Positions 20,179 to 30,143 of a DNA stretch of 64,000 bases are shown piece by piece; the first letter of the stretch is position 1; each line of letters begins with the position of its first letter. Below the pieces are notes generated by a model. That model searched no databases. It was not told the origin of the DNA and saw only the letters and a program-made list of their open reading frames with translations. The stretch comes from Aureliella sp. (lineage in GTDB: Bacteria > Planctomycetota > Planctomycetia > Pirellulales > Pirellulaceae), in the NCBI GenBank assembly GCA_963691875.1, contig OY829846.1, positions 384,001 through 448,000 on the forward strand, in the 5' to 3' direction. The position numbers and the translations under genes are program-made.

Positions 20179-21516
20179 GTGACTGAAGAAGCTAAATTTC
20201 GATCAATAAGAAAACAAAAAACGTCCGACCTCATCAATCCGAATCGACGCGCTTTCCTTCAAACCGCCCTGCTTGGCGCAACGGGCACCGCTCTCCCTTT
20301 CCAGTCCGCCGCTCAATCCTCCGACTCTCAGAGACGCCCTCGAATTCTGCTACGACGCTCCTGGCATTCCATCAACATCGGCGACATCGCGCATACCCTT
20401 GGCACGATCAATTTGATCAACACCTACCTGCCGGAGGTGGAGATCATCCTGTGGCCAAAGAATGTGAAGGACGGAGTGAAGGAGATGATCCAACGCAGGC
20501 TTCCCAATTTGCAGATCATTGAGACGGAGCAGGAAATCGAGAGAGCCTATCAAGAGTGCGATTTCTATCTGCATGGATCGGGACCGGTTCTCCTGAAAAA
20601 GGAAGATCTCCAGAAGTGGCACGAAGAAACGGGTAAACCCTATGGGGTCTTTGGTATTGGCCTCGGTTACAAGACGGCCGTGGAGCAAAGAGACCTCTTG
20701 AATCAAGCCGAGTTTCTTTTCCTTCGGGAAACTATATCGCTGCAGCGAGCAAAGGACTTCGGACTGAAGTGTCCCATCATGGAATTTGGACCGGATGCCA
20801 CCTTCAGCACGGACGTGCGCAATGACGCTGCAGCGGAACGCTTCATGTCAGCCAACGGACTGGAGCATGGCAAGTTCCTTTGCTGTCTCCCGAGGTATCG
20901 TCGATATCCTCTTCCTGTGGGCAAGGAATATTGGGAAGTCTCAACACCGTTTGATCCGAAGGCTCCCGTCGTCGAAAGGAACCACAAGCGCAACGAGGAG
21001 ATGAAAGAACAGGATCATGCGCTCTTGCGCGAGGCGATCATCAGAGTTGTTCGAGAAACTGACATGAAAGTCCTGGTCTGCCCCGAAGACATATCGCAGA
21101 TGTCCCTCGGCAAGGAGATGATCGTCGACAAGCTTCCGGAGGATGTCCGCAAGGATGTCGTATGGAAGGAAAGCTATTGGCTGACCGACGAAGCGATCAG
21201 CGTCTACATCCGGTCTGCCGGGGTGTTCGGGCTGGAGCAGCACTCCCCGATCATGTGCATCGCCCATGGGATCCCGGGGATCGTCGGTCGTTTCCCCGAA
21301 CAGGGCGTGAAAGGAACGATGTGGCGTGACATCGGGCTTGGGGATTGGCTTTTTGACATCGACCTGCCCGAAGATCGTGAGAAATATGTGCCAACCGTTT
21401 TGGAGATAGCCAGGAATCCCGATGCGGCCAGGGATAAGGCAGCATTGGCCCATGGAAGAGTTGAGAAGTTTCAGCGACACATGGTTAACGCGCTGGGAAA
21501 GGCGTTAGGTCAATGA
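20179..21516 (+). CDS. Polysaccharide pyruvyl transferase family protein (Tat signal)
   Basis: NRRAFL; NIGDIAH; LHGSGP; FLRETIS; FGPDATF; HSPIM. Confidence 0.88.
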   Translation: MTEEAKFRSIRKQKTSDLINPNRRAFLQTALLGATGTALPFQSAAQSSDSQRRPRILLRRSWHSINIGDIAHTLGTINLINTYLPEVEIILWPKNVKDGVKEMIQRRLPNLQIIETEQEIERAYQECDFYLHGSGPVLLKKEDLQKWHEETGKPYGVFGIGLGYKTAVEQRDLLNQAEFLFLRETISLQRAKDFGLKCPIMEFGPDATFSTDVRNDAAAERFMSANGLEHGKFLCCLPRYRRYPLPVGKEYWEVSTPFDPKAPVVERNHKRNEEMKEQDHALLREAIIRVVRETDMKVLVCPEDISQMSLGKEMIVDKLPEDVRKDVVWKESYWLTDEAISVYIRSAGVFGLEQHSPIMCIAHGIPGIVGRFPEQGVKGTMWRDIGLGDWLFDIDLPEDREKYVPTVLEIARNPDAARDKAALAHGRVEKFQRHMVNALGKALGQ

Positions 21517-21656
21517 GGGTAACCAACCCGATACACGTGAGTGATTTGAATATCGTGAATCACAGATTCTAAAGTCTGGTGCCGAAAGTCCTGAGACTGG
21601 TTGAAGACGTCAGCACGTGATTTGTGCTTGCGTCGTCTCCTCGATCGGTTGAAGGA

Positions 21657-21932
21657 TCATCCAGACTTAAGGCGATTGAGAACCCGCGTCACGCGAGCAC
21701 GGCTTACACCAAGATGGTGTGCCAATTCGGCTCTCGTCTCGACCTCGCCGGAATCGAGAAGCAACTGGTAGTATCGAGCTTGCTCCATGCCCTCGGGATG
21801 AGGCTTCTTGGGTTCACTTTTGGGCTTTGGAATGCCTAGAATCGGTTTCCAGCAATGGAATTCGACCTTCGGCGATCGTCGTAAGTTGTTGATATAGTAA
21901 GCACCTACCTCAATAAGACCCGATGTTCGCAT
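21657..21932 (-). CDS. Small HTH DNA-binding protein of the type found at mobile-element edges (possibly a remnant)
   Basis: TRAELAHHLGVSRARVTRVL helix-turn-helix. Start uncertain. Confidence 0.55.
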   Translation of the reverse strand: MRTSGLIEVGAYYINNLRRSPKVEFHCWKPILGIPKPKSEPKKPHPEGMEQARYYQLLLDSGEVETRAELAHHLGVSRARVTRVLNRLKSG

Positions 21933-22209
21933 AGAGTACGGATCGGAGAGCTTTCTGGACGGCCAGTTCAAGGTTAAAAATCGCTCTTGCTGTCGAGTTA
22001 ACGTGCGAAGGTATATCGACCGACCGCAATTCCCGTTCCTTCTTCGAGCTGGCGGTTGGACCCGCCGCCAGCTCGGAGCGATTTTGCTTCGGCGCAGAGG
22101 TGGTTCGGACCGAAGTGAGTTTCGATTCACCGCTCGCCCGCTCCGGCCGGCAGCGCGGCATCCAATTTCGGTCCCACTCTCAACGAGTTCCGGTTCAAAC
22201 GTGAGACGC

Positions 22210-22509
22210 CTACGTTCTACTCTCTGTCACGCTATCCACCTTCTCCTGCATTGATTGTTCGCGGTCCGTGCGAGTTCCGACTTTGATGCTGGTGGTGATC
22301 CGCGGTGCTCCCAGCTCATGAACACGTTTGTGGCATCGCTTGATCGCGGTGAATACCTCGTCCCAGTCGCCTTCGATGTTCGTGCCGTACGCGTGAAGCT
22401 GGTGCTTGAGTCCAGCTTCTTGCAAGACCTTCTGGCACTCCGTCACATATTTGCTAACGGAAACGCCAACTCCCATCGGGACGACGCACAAATCTACGAT
22501 GACTTTCAT
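22210..22509 (-). CDS. MTH1187 family thiamine-binding protein
   Basis: VDLCVVPMGVGVSVSKYV...HAYGTNIEGDWD...GTRTDR. Confidence 0.92.
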   Translation of the reverse strand: MKVIVDLCVVPMGVGVSVSKYVTECQKVLQEAGLKHQLHAYGTNIEGDWDEVFTAIKRCHKRVHELGAPRITTSIKVGTRTDREQSMQEKVDSVTESRT

Positions 22510-22754
22510 CTCGATTGGTTGCCTCAAATATCAATTGCAAATCTATTCTGAGAGCCAAATCATTGCGGAATAGATCCTCCCTCACAATGTCGTCTATTGA
22601 AGCGTCCCTGTAAATCTACAAGCCGTATGGCCAGCCATGCCTCTTAATCGAATGCAAATAGATCGAGAAAAACTCGGCGAAGCGCCGTCGGAAGTGGATG
22701 CGACCGGGTAGGTCTATTCGCAGAAGAAAGTGTGTCTTTCCAAGTGAGATTTCC

Positions 22755-22952
22755 GTGGCGGATGACCTACAAGACGAAATTCGTGAGAACGCATCGGGGC
22801 CGGCGAAGGCTTCGGGTGATGCGGGCTCGGTTGTGCAGCACAAACTGAAAGATCAAATCGCGGCCGACAATCATCTCGCCGGCAAAGATGCGGTGAAAAA
22901 GCCGCATCGTGGTTTGCGATGCAACAAGATTGTGCCGCCCTCTGCTGGCTGA
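22755..22952 (+). CDS. Small prophage protein of the type preceding portal genes in planctomycete prophages
   Basis: VADDLQDEIRENASGPAKASGDAGSVVQHKLKDQIAAD...KIVPP. Recognised from memory, not by search. Confidence 0.6.
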   Translation: MADDLQDEIRENASGPAKASGDAGSVVQHKLKDQIAADNHLAGKDAVKKPHRGLRCNKIVPPSAG

Positions 22953-23010
22953 TCTCTTCTCCTCGTGAATGGATAGGGCTGTCAGGATCGACAGCGGGAT
23001 AAGGCACGGG

Positions 23011-23085
23011 ATGCTGAAATTCTTGTCAGGGATAATCGAGCAGCACACGCGCCGGCGATCAACTGATCAGTCCGTCGCTCGTGGA
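23011..23085 (+). pseudogene. Probable N-terminal stub of a phage portal gene, cut by the IS end at 23086
   Basis: MLKFLSGII start directly after the prophage small gene; runs into the IS terminal repeat. Confidence 0.4.
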
Positions 23086-24556
23086 CCTCCCCGTGCAGGA
23101 CCCCCAGCGTGAGACTTCGCGGGAGTTCTCTTTTTCGTAAATGCTGATGGGGAAATGGCTTACTGAGTCAGAGGCCGTTTGGGGTCAAAGCGGCACAAAT
23201 GTCACGGCTACGAACGTTCGAACGTGCAGGAGTTCGCGGCTTACGAGCGTCACATCTGGTGTGACGGTGGCCGCGTGTAACGGGACTCGCGTGACGGGTT
23301 GAAGAGTGACGGTGAAACGATGCGTCTGCGTTGAACCGGGACGGGTTCGAATTACTTTGGAGGGCCGAACCCGGGGTGCAAAAAGTCCGCTCCGATAGCG
23401 ACTTACCCCGTAAATCACAGCATAATCTCGATGGCGAGCTTCCGAAACGTTTACACCTCTTTGATGCTCGTAATCGCCAAGTCTACGGACAGTGAATTGG
23501 CCCGCCAAGTGAGCTACTTGAAGGCCGAGAACCAGATCCTGCGAAGTCGGCTTCCAAAGCGACTGACTCTGACACAACGCGAGAAGAATCGGCTGGTCCG
23601 ATTCGCCAAGAACCTCGGTTCAGCATTGAATGAGCTAGCGACGATCGTTCATCCATCGACGATCCGTCGCTGGATTCGAGAAGACTCGGGCAAGAAGCGA
23701 AAGCAAAAGCCCAACAAGGGAAGGCCGAGAACCGGGGAGGATATCGAGAAGCTGATTCTGAAACTCGCTAAAGATACCGGATGGGGTTACACCCGGATTC
23801 TTGGCGAACTCAAGAAGCTTGGCATCGAGTCGGTGACTCGAAATACTGTGAAGAACATTCTGAAACGCAACGGCTACGAAACGGGACCTGAGCGTGGCCC
23901 AGGCACCTGGGATGAGTTCCTGAAACGTCACGCGGCAACCATGTGGCAATGCGACTTTTTCTCGAAGAAGATCGTCTCGAAAACCGGTCTTCGGGACGTG
24001 TTCGTTCTCGTATTTCTGCACGTTGAGACACGTCGAGTATTCATCACGCCGGCGACGTACAAGCCCGATCAAGAGTGGATGGTCGAGCAAGCTAAGGAGT
24101 TCATTCGTCACAGCAAAGCCGAGAAGCTGCCCTGCGAAATCCTGATGCACGACAACGACGGCAAATACTCGCAACCGTTTCTCGACGCATTCAAGAACAA
24201 GAAGATCGAGACTCGAAGAACGGCCGTTCGGTCACCGAATACAGTTGCATTTGTCGAGCGGTTTGTGCAAACGATCAAGCAGGAGTGCATCGATCACTTC
24301 ATCGTGTTCGGCGAGAAGCACATGGGTCTGCTATGTTCCGAGTTTCGCGAGCACTACCACCTGGAGCGCCCTCATCAGGGGCTGGAAAACGAGCGACCAA
24401 CCCACGTGACGACCAAGAAGTCTAGCAATCCGCATGATCCCGCCGATACGATTCGGTTGTCCGATATCCGATGCAAAGATCGCCTCGGCGGACTGTTGAA
24501 AAGCTACTCATGGAGAGCGGCATAACTTCTTCGAGCAGACTTTTTGCACGGGGCGG
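23086..24556 (+). mobile_element. IS-A: intact DDE/rve IS with long non-coding left arm
   Basis: IRs CCTCCCCGTGCA (23086-23097) / TGCACGGGGCGG (24545-24556). Inner site GGGGTGCAAAAAGTCCGCTC at 23373. No target duplication seen. Confidence 0.85.
23431..24525 (+). CDS. Transposase, rve integrase core (IS3/IS481-superfamily-like)
   Basis: HTH (TIVHPSTIRRW); WGYTRILGEL; DDE residues in WQCDFF, HDNDGKY, VERF; HLERPHQGL. Confidence 0.95.
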   Translation: MASFRNVYTSLMLVIAKSTDSELARQVSYLKAENQILRSRLPKRLTLTQREKNRLVRFAKNLGSALNELATIVHPSTIRRWIREDSGKKRKQKPNKGRPRTGEDIEKLILKLAKDTGWGYTRILGELKKLGIESVTRNTVKNILKRNGYETGPERGPGTWDEFLKRHAATMWQCDFFSKKIVSKTGLRDVFVLVFLHVETRRVFITPATYKPDQEWMVEQAKEFIRHSKAEKLPCEILMHDNDGKYSQPFLDAFKNKKIETRRTAVRSPNTVAFVERFVQTIKQECIDHFIVFGEKHMGLLCSEFREHYHLERPHQGLENERPTHVTTKKSSNPHDPADTIRLSDIRCKDRLGGLLKSYSWRAA

Positions 24557-24785
24557 GACTCTAGCCGTCTATGTACATCATGCCGGAGCGGCTCACTGAT
24601 TGGGCCGGACAGAAAGGTCGCTCGTTTCTTCGCGTTCCGCTGACATCGTTTCTGATTGATTCGAAATATAGACCGTTTCAGCAGATCCGTTGCCATTGCG
24701 TTCAAGTTGCTTCGATTGTTCAGCCCACGATTTCGACGTTTGAGCATCACTCCACTGCCCGGTGCAGGCACAATTCGCAGGCGGC

Positions 24786-26162
24786 TCACGGTTTTCCAAC
24801 CACTTTCATCTGAGTGACATCGTAGTACCCTTCGTCGCCCCGGACTCTGCCAATCCCGGATTGCTTGAAACCTCCGAATGGTGCGTGATTTGAAAAATAA
24901 CTGGCTCCGTTGATACTCACTTGACCAGCTTCGAGATCAGTAACGATTCTATTGATCGTTCGCTCGTTATCGCAGTAAACGAAGGCGCTCAGTCCATACG
25001 TTGAATCATTAGCGAGCCGAATCGCCTGGTCTACATTTTCAAAGGCGACCACTGGTAGCAATGGTCCAAACACCTCTTCCTGTACGATTGGGGAGTCGTT
25101 CTGGGCTCCCGTCACAATCGTTGGTTCGAGAAAAGCCCCGTTGAGATTGGCAGGACGAATTCCTCCCGTTCTCACCTTCGCCCCTTGCTGGATGGCTCGT
25201 TCCAGTTGATCCTCGAGTAAGTCAACCTGCCTTGTGGCGGCGAGAGGTCCCAGTGTCGTGTTGGCGTCTAATGGATCGCCAATCACTTGCTGCTCAGCCA
25301 GCAGACAAAGCTCGTCAACGAGTGCATCAAAGACCGCGTCTTGCACATAGAGTCGTTTGAGTGCGCAGCAAATCTGTCCACAATTCTTAAACCTTTCGTA
25401 GAAGATTGAGCGTGCAGCCTCTCTTACGTCGACATCTGCAGTAACGATCGCAGGCGATGACCCTCCCATTTCCAGCGTCACCGGGACAAACTTCTCCGCC
25501 GCCCTCCTGTAGATCTCTTTTCCGACCGCCGAACTCCCGGTGAAGTGAATGAAATTCACGTCCTGCTGAAGCAGCGCTTCGCCGACGTCTCTATCGCCGT
25601 AGAGAATTTGAAAAACTCCTTTTGGCAGCTGAGCTTCTTCGATTAAGGATGCCAAGAGTTTGGAGGTGAGCACGCACTCCTCGGAATGCTTTAGGATTAC
25701 GGCATTACCGGCAAGGAGCGTCTGTGATGAATTCGCTACAAACTGACCCGTGGGGAAATTCCACGGAGTGATGACCGCTGCCACGCCGTACGGCTCATAG
25801 CACGCTACCGTTTTGTGTGTTGAGTATGAATCAAGGATCTTCGGCGCAAGCAGTTTCGCTGCCTTTTCCGTCTGGTTCTTCAAAAAACGAAGCGCACTTA
25901 CCAGTTCTTGGTGGCTCTCGCTGATCGGTTTGCCCATTTCTTTTGACTGCAGCTCAGCGACCTCGCCGGCGTGTGCTTCAAGCAGCTCGCGGAATCGGTC
26001 AACGTAGACACAACGATCTTCAATTGCCATCCGCCGCCATGCGGGGCACGCATCTTTTGCGGCCACAGCCGCTGCACTGATCTGTTCGGCCGTGGTGCAC
26101 GGGATACGGCCAACTTCTTCATGCTCTCGGGCGGGATTCAGTGAAATGATTTCGCTATTCAT
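24786..26162 (-). CDS. NAD(P)-dependent aldehyde dehydrogenase
   Basis: ITPWNFP; LKHSE; FTGS; LEMGG; GQICC; EEVFGP; PFGGFKQSGIGR. Confidence 0.96.
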   Translation of the reverse strand: MNSEIISLNPAREHEEVGRIPCTTAEQISAAAVAAKDACPAWRRMAIEDRCVYVDRFRELLEAHAGEVAELQSKEMGKPISESHQELVSALRFLKNQTEKAAKLLAPKILDSYSTHKTVACYEPYGVAAVITPWNFPTGQFVANSSQTLLAGNAVILKHSEECVLTSKLLASLIEEAQLPKGVFQILYGDRDVGEALLQQDVNFIHFTGSSAVGKEIYRRAAEKFVPVTLEMGGSSPAIVTADVDVREAARSIFYERFKNCGQICCALKRLYVQDAVFDALVDELCLLAEQQVIGDPLDANTTLGPLAATRQVDLLEDQLERAIQQGAKVRTGGIRPANLNGAFLEPTIVTGAQNDSPIVQEEVFGPLLPVVAFENVDQAIRLANDSTYGLSAFVYCDNERTINRIVTDLEAGQVSINGASYFSNHAPFGGFKQSGIGRVRGDEGYYDVTQMKVVGKP

Positions 26163-26255
26163 CGCGTGTCGATGGAATCGAGGTAATGATGCGTTCGGGT
26201 CTTAGCGCGACTTGCGTCCGGAAGTGTCCGTAGCAGGAAATGAACGCGTAAAGAA

Positions 26256-27743
26256 CTAGGCCTCGTTGTAGATTTGTTCGTGGTGATCCGCAGACTTGTA
26301 GAGATCAACAATTGGACTTGGGTAATCAACACCGATTGTGCATCCGGATCGAGACTGCTCAGCAGGGTGCATTTTCCACGGCGCGTGAATGTGATCTGTT
26401 GGCACATCTGCTAATTCGGGCAGCCAGTGGCGGACGTAATCGCCTTTCGAATCGTACTGATTTGCTTGCTTGAGCGTATTGAACCATCGGAACCCGCGCG
26501 CGTCGTTGCCGATCCCAGCGGTGTAGTTCCAGTTGCCGTAATTGCTAGCCGGATCGTAATCTATCAGCGTCGACTCAAACCATTCCGCTCCCATCCGCCA
26601 GTCAATGCCAAGATTCTTCGTCAGAAAACTAGCGACATTCTGGCGACCACGATTTGACATGAATCCGGTTGCCGCAAGTTCCCGCATATTGGCATCGATC
26701 AAGGGATATCCTGTCAGCCCGTCACGCCAAGCGTTGAAGCGATTATGGTCGACTTTCCATGGCAGTTTCAACTGTCGCAAGCCACCAACTTGAAATACTC
26801 TTGTGCCGTGCTTGGCCATCACCAACGAAAAGTAGTCTCGCCACAACAATTCAAAGACCAGCCAATAAGTCGACTGGTTCTTCACACGTTCGTCTTCGTA
26901 TCGACGGACAAGCTCGTAGACTTTTCGTGGTGACAAACAGCCATGTGCGAGCCACGGTGACAGCTTGGAACTGTAGTCGGCTCCTAGCATTCCATTGCGA
27001 GTCTCTTTGTATGCGCGTAGACAGTCTTTACGGAAAAAATACTCGTCGATCCTTGCGAGTCCGCTTGATTCGCCCCCAACAAATCCAATTGACCTGCGTG
27101 GCTCAGCCGGTGGCACCTCAGGGAATAGCTCAATGAGCTGCTCGAATCGCGGGTCGCTTACTTCAAAGACACTTTCTGGTAACTCGATATCGTTGACCGT
27201 TGGCACGGCTGAGGGGGTTGAATGGATCGGTCGCACGTCCACTTTCGCTTCGACTTTACGGCGAAACTTGGAGAATACTTCGGGCAGGTCGGATACCGAA
27301 AAGGGGAGATCATCGGTGTCGTACAACGTATTTGGCGGCGACACACGCAGCTCGATTCCCTTTCGCTTCAGATGTCGGCGAACGCGACGCTCAATTCGAT
27401 TCTCTTCGTTCGCGACCTCGTGAGTGCAATGGATGCTTTCGGGCGAAATGTTGTCAGCGATCGAGGACAGACACGATTCCGTGGGTCCGTAAGCAATCAG
27501 AAGCTTGCCACCCAACCGACGCAAAGAACGATCAAGATCGACCAAAGACTCACGCAGGAACTTGGCGCGAAATGGACTTGTCCGACCGAATCCAAAACGC
27601 GTCTTGCCAAACCAGACTGGATCGACGACGAACACAAACACTACACCTCCGCCGTTCTCCGTGGCTGAGCGGCAGGCCCTTGTCAAAGGTTCTTGGTCGT
27701 GAACTCGTAAATCGTTGCGAAACCAGACGACGCTGTGCGGCAT
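26256..27743 (-). CDS. cry: Cryptochrome DASH (photolyase family)
   Basis: WFRNDLRVHD; YKETRNG; YSSKLSPWLAHG; STYWLVFELLWRDYF; MSNRGRQNVASFL; DYDPASNYGNW. Confidence 0.93.
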   Translation of the reverse strand: MPHSVVWFRNDLRVHDQEPLTRACRSATENGGGVVFVFVVDPVWFGKTRFGFGRTSPFRAKFLRESLVDLDRSLRRLGGKLLIAYGPTESCLSSIADNISPESIHCTHEVANEENRIERRVRRHLKRKGIELRVSPPNTLYDTDDLPFSVSDLPEVFSKFRRKVEAKVDVRPIHSTPSAVPTVNDIELPESVFEVSDPRFEQLIELFPEVPPAEPRRSIGFVGGESSGLARIDEYFFRKDCLRAYKETRNGMLGADYSSKLSPWLAHGCLSPRKVYELVRRYEDERVKNQSTYWLVFELLWRDYFSLVMAKHGTRVFQVGGLRQLKLPWKVDHNRFNAWRDGLTGYPLIDANMRELAATGFMSNRGRQNVASFLTKNLGIDWRMGAEWFESTLIDYDPASNYGNWNYTAGIGNDARGFRWFNTLKQANQYDSKGDYVRHWLPELADVPTDHIHAPWKMHPAEQSRSGCTIGVDYPSPIVDLYKSADHHEQIYNEA

Positions 27744-27942
27744 AGGACCCTTCTTTAACGTTGACACCTTTAGATTGTTGCGGGCAATCAACCTTTCGCG
27801 GGTCTCATAACGAGTCCTTTTCCCATCCTGGCTTCACCAGTTTTGGGGAGAGGAGTGAACATGTCTATATTCTCCTGGTGGGAGAAGGTCTAAATGCTGT
27901 CAGTGCCAAATTCGACTTAACCCCGCCAAAATCAAACTCGGC

Positions 27943-28515
27943 ATGATGAATAACGTCTCTGAAGTTACCAGGGAAATGCGTGGAGAGTCACTGCAACGAA
28001 CTGGCACGGCCAGCACCAGGGGTCGCCTGCGCCATCGTGGAATCCTGGTTTGCTGGTCGATAGGCTCGGCCGTGCTCTGGTTTGCCGGTGGTGGCCTCAC
28101 GGCTTTGGGCCTCGGCGACTGGTACGAGGCCCTCAATTTTCCACCCTATCAGCCACCCGGCTGGCTATTCACGCCGATGTGGCTGGTGATATTGAGCTTG
28201 CTGGCAGTCGCCTCGTGGAAGATCACGACGGTAGACGGAAGAACGAACGATCGTCGTGTCGGTTTCGCATTGCTGCTTTACGGATTCCAATTCGGACTGA
28301 ACCTAGGATGGTCTTTGCTATTCTTCGCAGTCCGTCGGCCGGATGTTGCTTTGTGGGAGATCATCGTGTTGGACGCCGTCGTTCTGTTGATGATCTGTGT
28401 CTACGGTCGAATATCAAAACGTGCGGGGTTACTGCTCGTTCCCTACCTGGTCTGGCTTCTGTATGCGACCGCCATCAATTGGTGGATTGCGTACCACAAT
28501 GGACCGTTCGGTTGA
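27943..28515 (+). CDS. tspO: TspO/MBR tryptophan-rich sensory protein
   Basis: WYEALNFPPYQPPGWLFTPMW; LNLGWSLLFF; LLVPYLVWLLYA; five hydrophobic segments. Start uncertain. Confidence 0.93.
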   Translation: MMNNVSEVTREMRGESLQRTGTASTRGRLRHRGILVCWSIGSAVLWFAGGGLTALGLGDWYEALNFPPYQPPGWLFTPMWLVILSLLAVASWKITTVDGRTNDRRVGFALLLYGFQFGLNLGWSLLFFAVRRPDVALWEIIVLDAVVLLMICVYGRISKRAGLLLVPYLVWLLYATAINWWIAYHNGPFG

Positions 28516-28518
28516 TAA

Positions 28519-29978
28519 CCGCCCCGTGCAAAAAGTCTGCTAGAAGAAGCTATGCCGCGTTTCGCGAGTAGCTTTTCAACAAACCGCCGAGGCGCTCTTT
28601 GCATCGGATATTGGACAACTGAACCGTATCGACGGGATTCGGCAACCTACCAGATGTCTTGGTTTTCATCTGGGTTGGTCGCTCGTTTTCCAGCCCGTGA
28701 TGAGGCCGCTCCAGGTGGTAGTGCTCGCGAAACTCGGAACATAGTAGACTCATGTGCTTCTCGCCGAAGACGATGAAGTGATCGATGCACTCCTGCTTGA
28801 TCGTTTGCACGAATCGCTCGACGAAGGCCACGGTGTTCGGCGACCGAATAGCTGTTCGCCGAGTCTCGATTTTTGGTTCGTGAACGTGGCGAGGAATGGT
28901 TTCGAGTACTTTCCGTCGTTGTCGTGCATCAGGATTTTGCAGGGCAATTTCTCTGATTCGGTGTGACGAATGAACTCATCTGCTTGCTCGACCATCCACT
29001 CTTGGTCGGGCTTGTACGTCGCAGGCGTCATGAAAACTCGACGCGTCTCAACGTGCAGGAACACAAGAACGAACACGTCCCGCAGCCCGGTCTTCGAGAC
29101 GATCTTCTTGGAAAAGAAATCGCATTGCCACATGGTCGAAGCATGGCGTTTGAGGAAGTCATCCCAGGTGCCTGGACCACGCTCCGGGCCCGTTTCATAG
29201 CCGTTGCGTTTCAGAATATTCTTCACAGTATTTCGAGTGACCGACTCAATGCCAAGCTTCTTGAGTTCGCAAAGAATCCGAGTGTAACCCCAGCCGGTAT
29301 CCTTAGCCAGTTTCAGTATTAGCTTCTCGATGTCTTGTGCCGTTCTTGGCCGCCCCTTCTTGGGCTGTTGCTTTCCCTTCTTGCCCGAATCTTCTCGGAT
29401 CCAGCGACGGATCGTTGATGGATGAACGATCGTTGCCAGCTCATTCAATGCTGAACCGAGGTTCTTGGCGAATCGGACCAGCCGATTCTTTTCCCGCTGT
29501 GTCAGAGTCAGTCGCTTTGGAAGCCGGCTTCGCAAGATCTGGTTTTCGGCCTTCAGGTAGCTCACTTGGCGGGCCAATTCCTTGTCTGTGGACTTGGCGA
29601 TTACGAGCATTAAAGAAGTGTAAATGTTTCGGAAGCTCGCCATCGAAATTATGCTGTGTTTTGCAGGGAAAGTTGCCATCGGAGCGGACTTTTTGCACCC
29701 CAGCTTCGACCTTCCAAACTAGTCAGCGACGGCCCGATTTCAATTCACGGCATGCTGCCGTCAGGCCACTTCGTCAAAGTCGCGTCACACACGACCACTT
29801 GAAGATCGAATGTGACGCTCGAACCAGAGAACTTTTCAACCAAGAAATGTTGGAGAGTGTCACGTCCGCTGCATCTTTAAGCGGATGACTATCGGAACCC
29901 GCAAGTCGCTGTTATCTCAGCACTTACAAAGGTGAGAACTCCTCGCGAATTTCCGTGAAAGGGACCTGCACAGGGCGG
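28519..29978 (-). mobile_element. IS-B: second copy, inverted relative to IS-A
   Basis: CCGCCCCGTGCAAAAAGTCTGCT (28519) / TGCACAGGGCGG (29967-29978). Inner site GGACTTTTTGCACCCC ends at 29701. Confidence 0.88.
28550..29643 (-). pseudogene. Transposase copy with a single frameshift near 28870
   Basis: Near-identical to 23431..24525. The frame changes in a short A-run between the second D and the E of the DDE triad. Confidence 0.9.
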
Positions 29979-30143
29979 TCCATGATTCCAATGGTTCTGA
30001 GATTGCCCCAGATTCAGATCTCGGACAATGGCTTGCCTGGGCGGAACAGCGGGCGAACCGATTTGATCCAACCATCAACTCTCCAAAGTCGATCCGTGAT
30101 TCCGGAAGAGTCGAGTTAGCCGTTACACAGGCATTGGTAGACC

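Noticed and set aside
21930..21975. tRNA or tRNA-derived att site beside the HTH gene
   Set aside because: No cloverleaf or T-loop consensus. No rRNA or tRNA gene was recognised anywhere in the window.
28750..28900. Programmed -1 frameshift in the IS-B transposase
   Set aside because: The near-identical IS-A copy is continuous here and the shift falls inside the catalytic core, so a 1-nt deletion or sequencing error is simpler.
29337..29888. Small repeated ORF in the arm (HLKIECDARTR, also 33698..33907)
   Set aside because: No shared start and the frame is broken in copy D (stop in ATCTAATGT). The similarity just reflects the nucleotide repeat.
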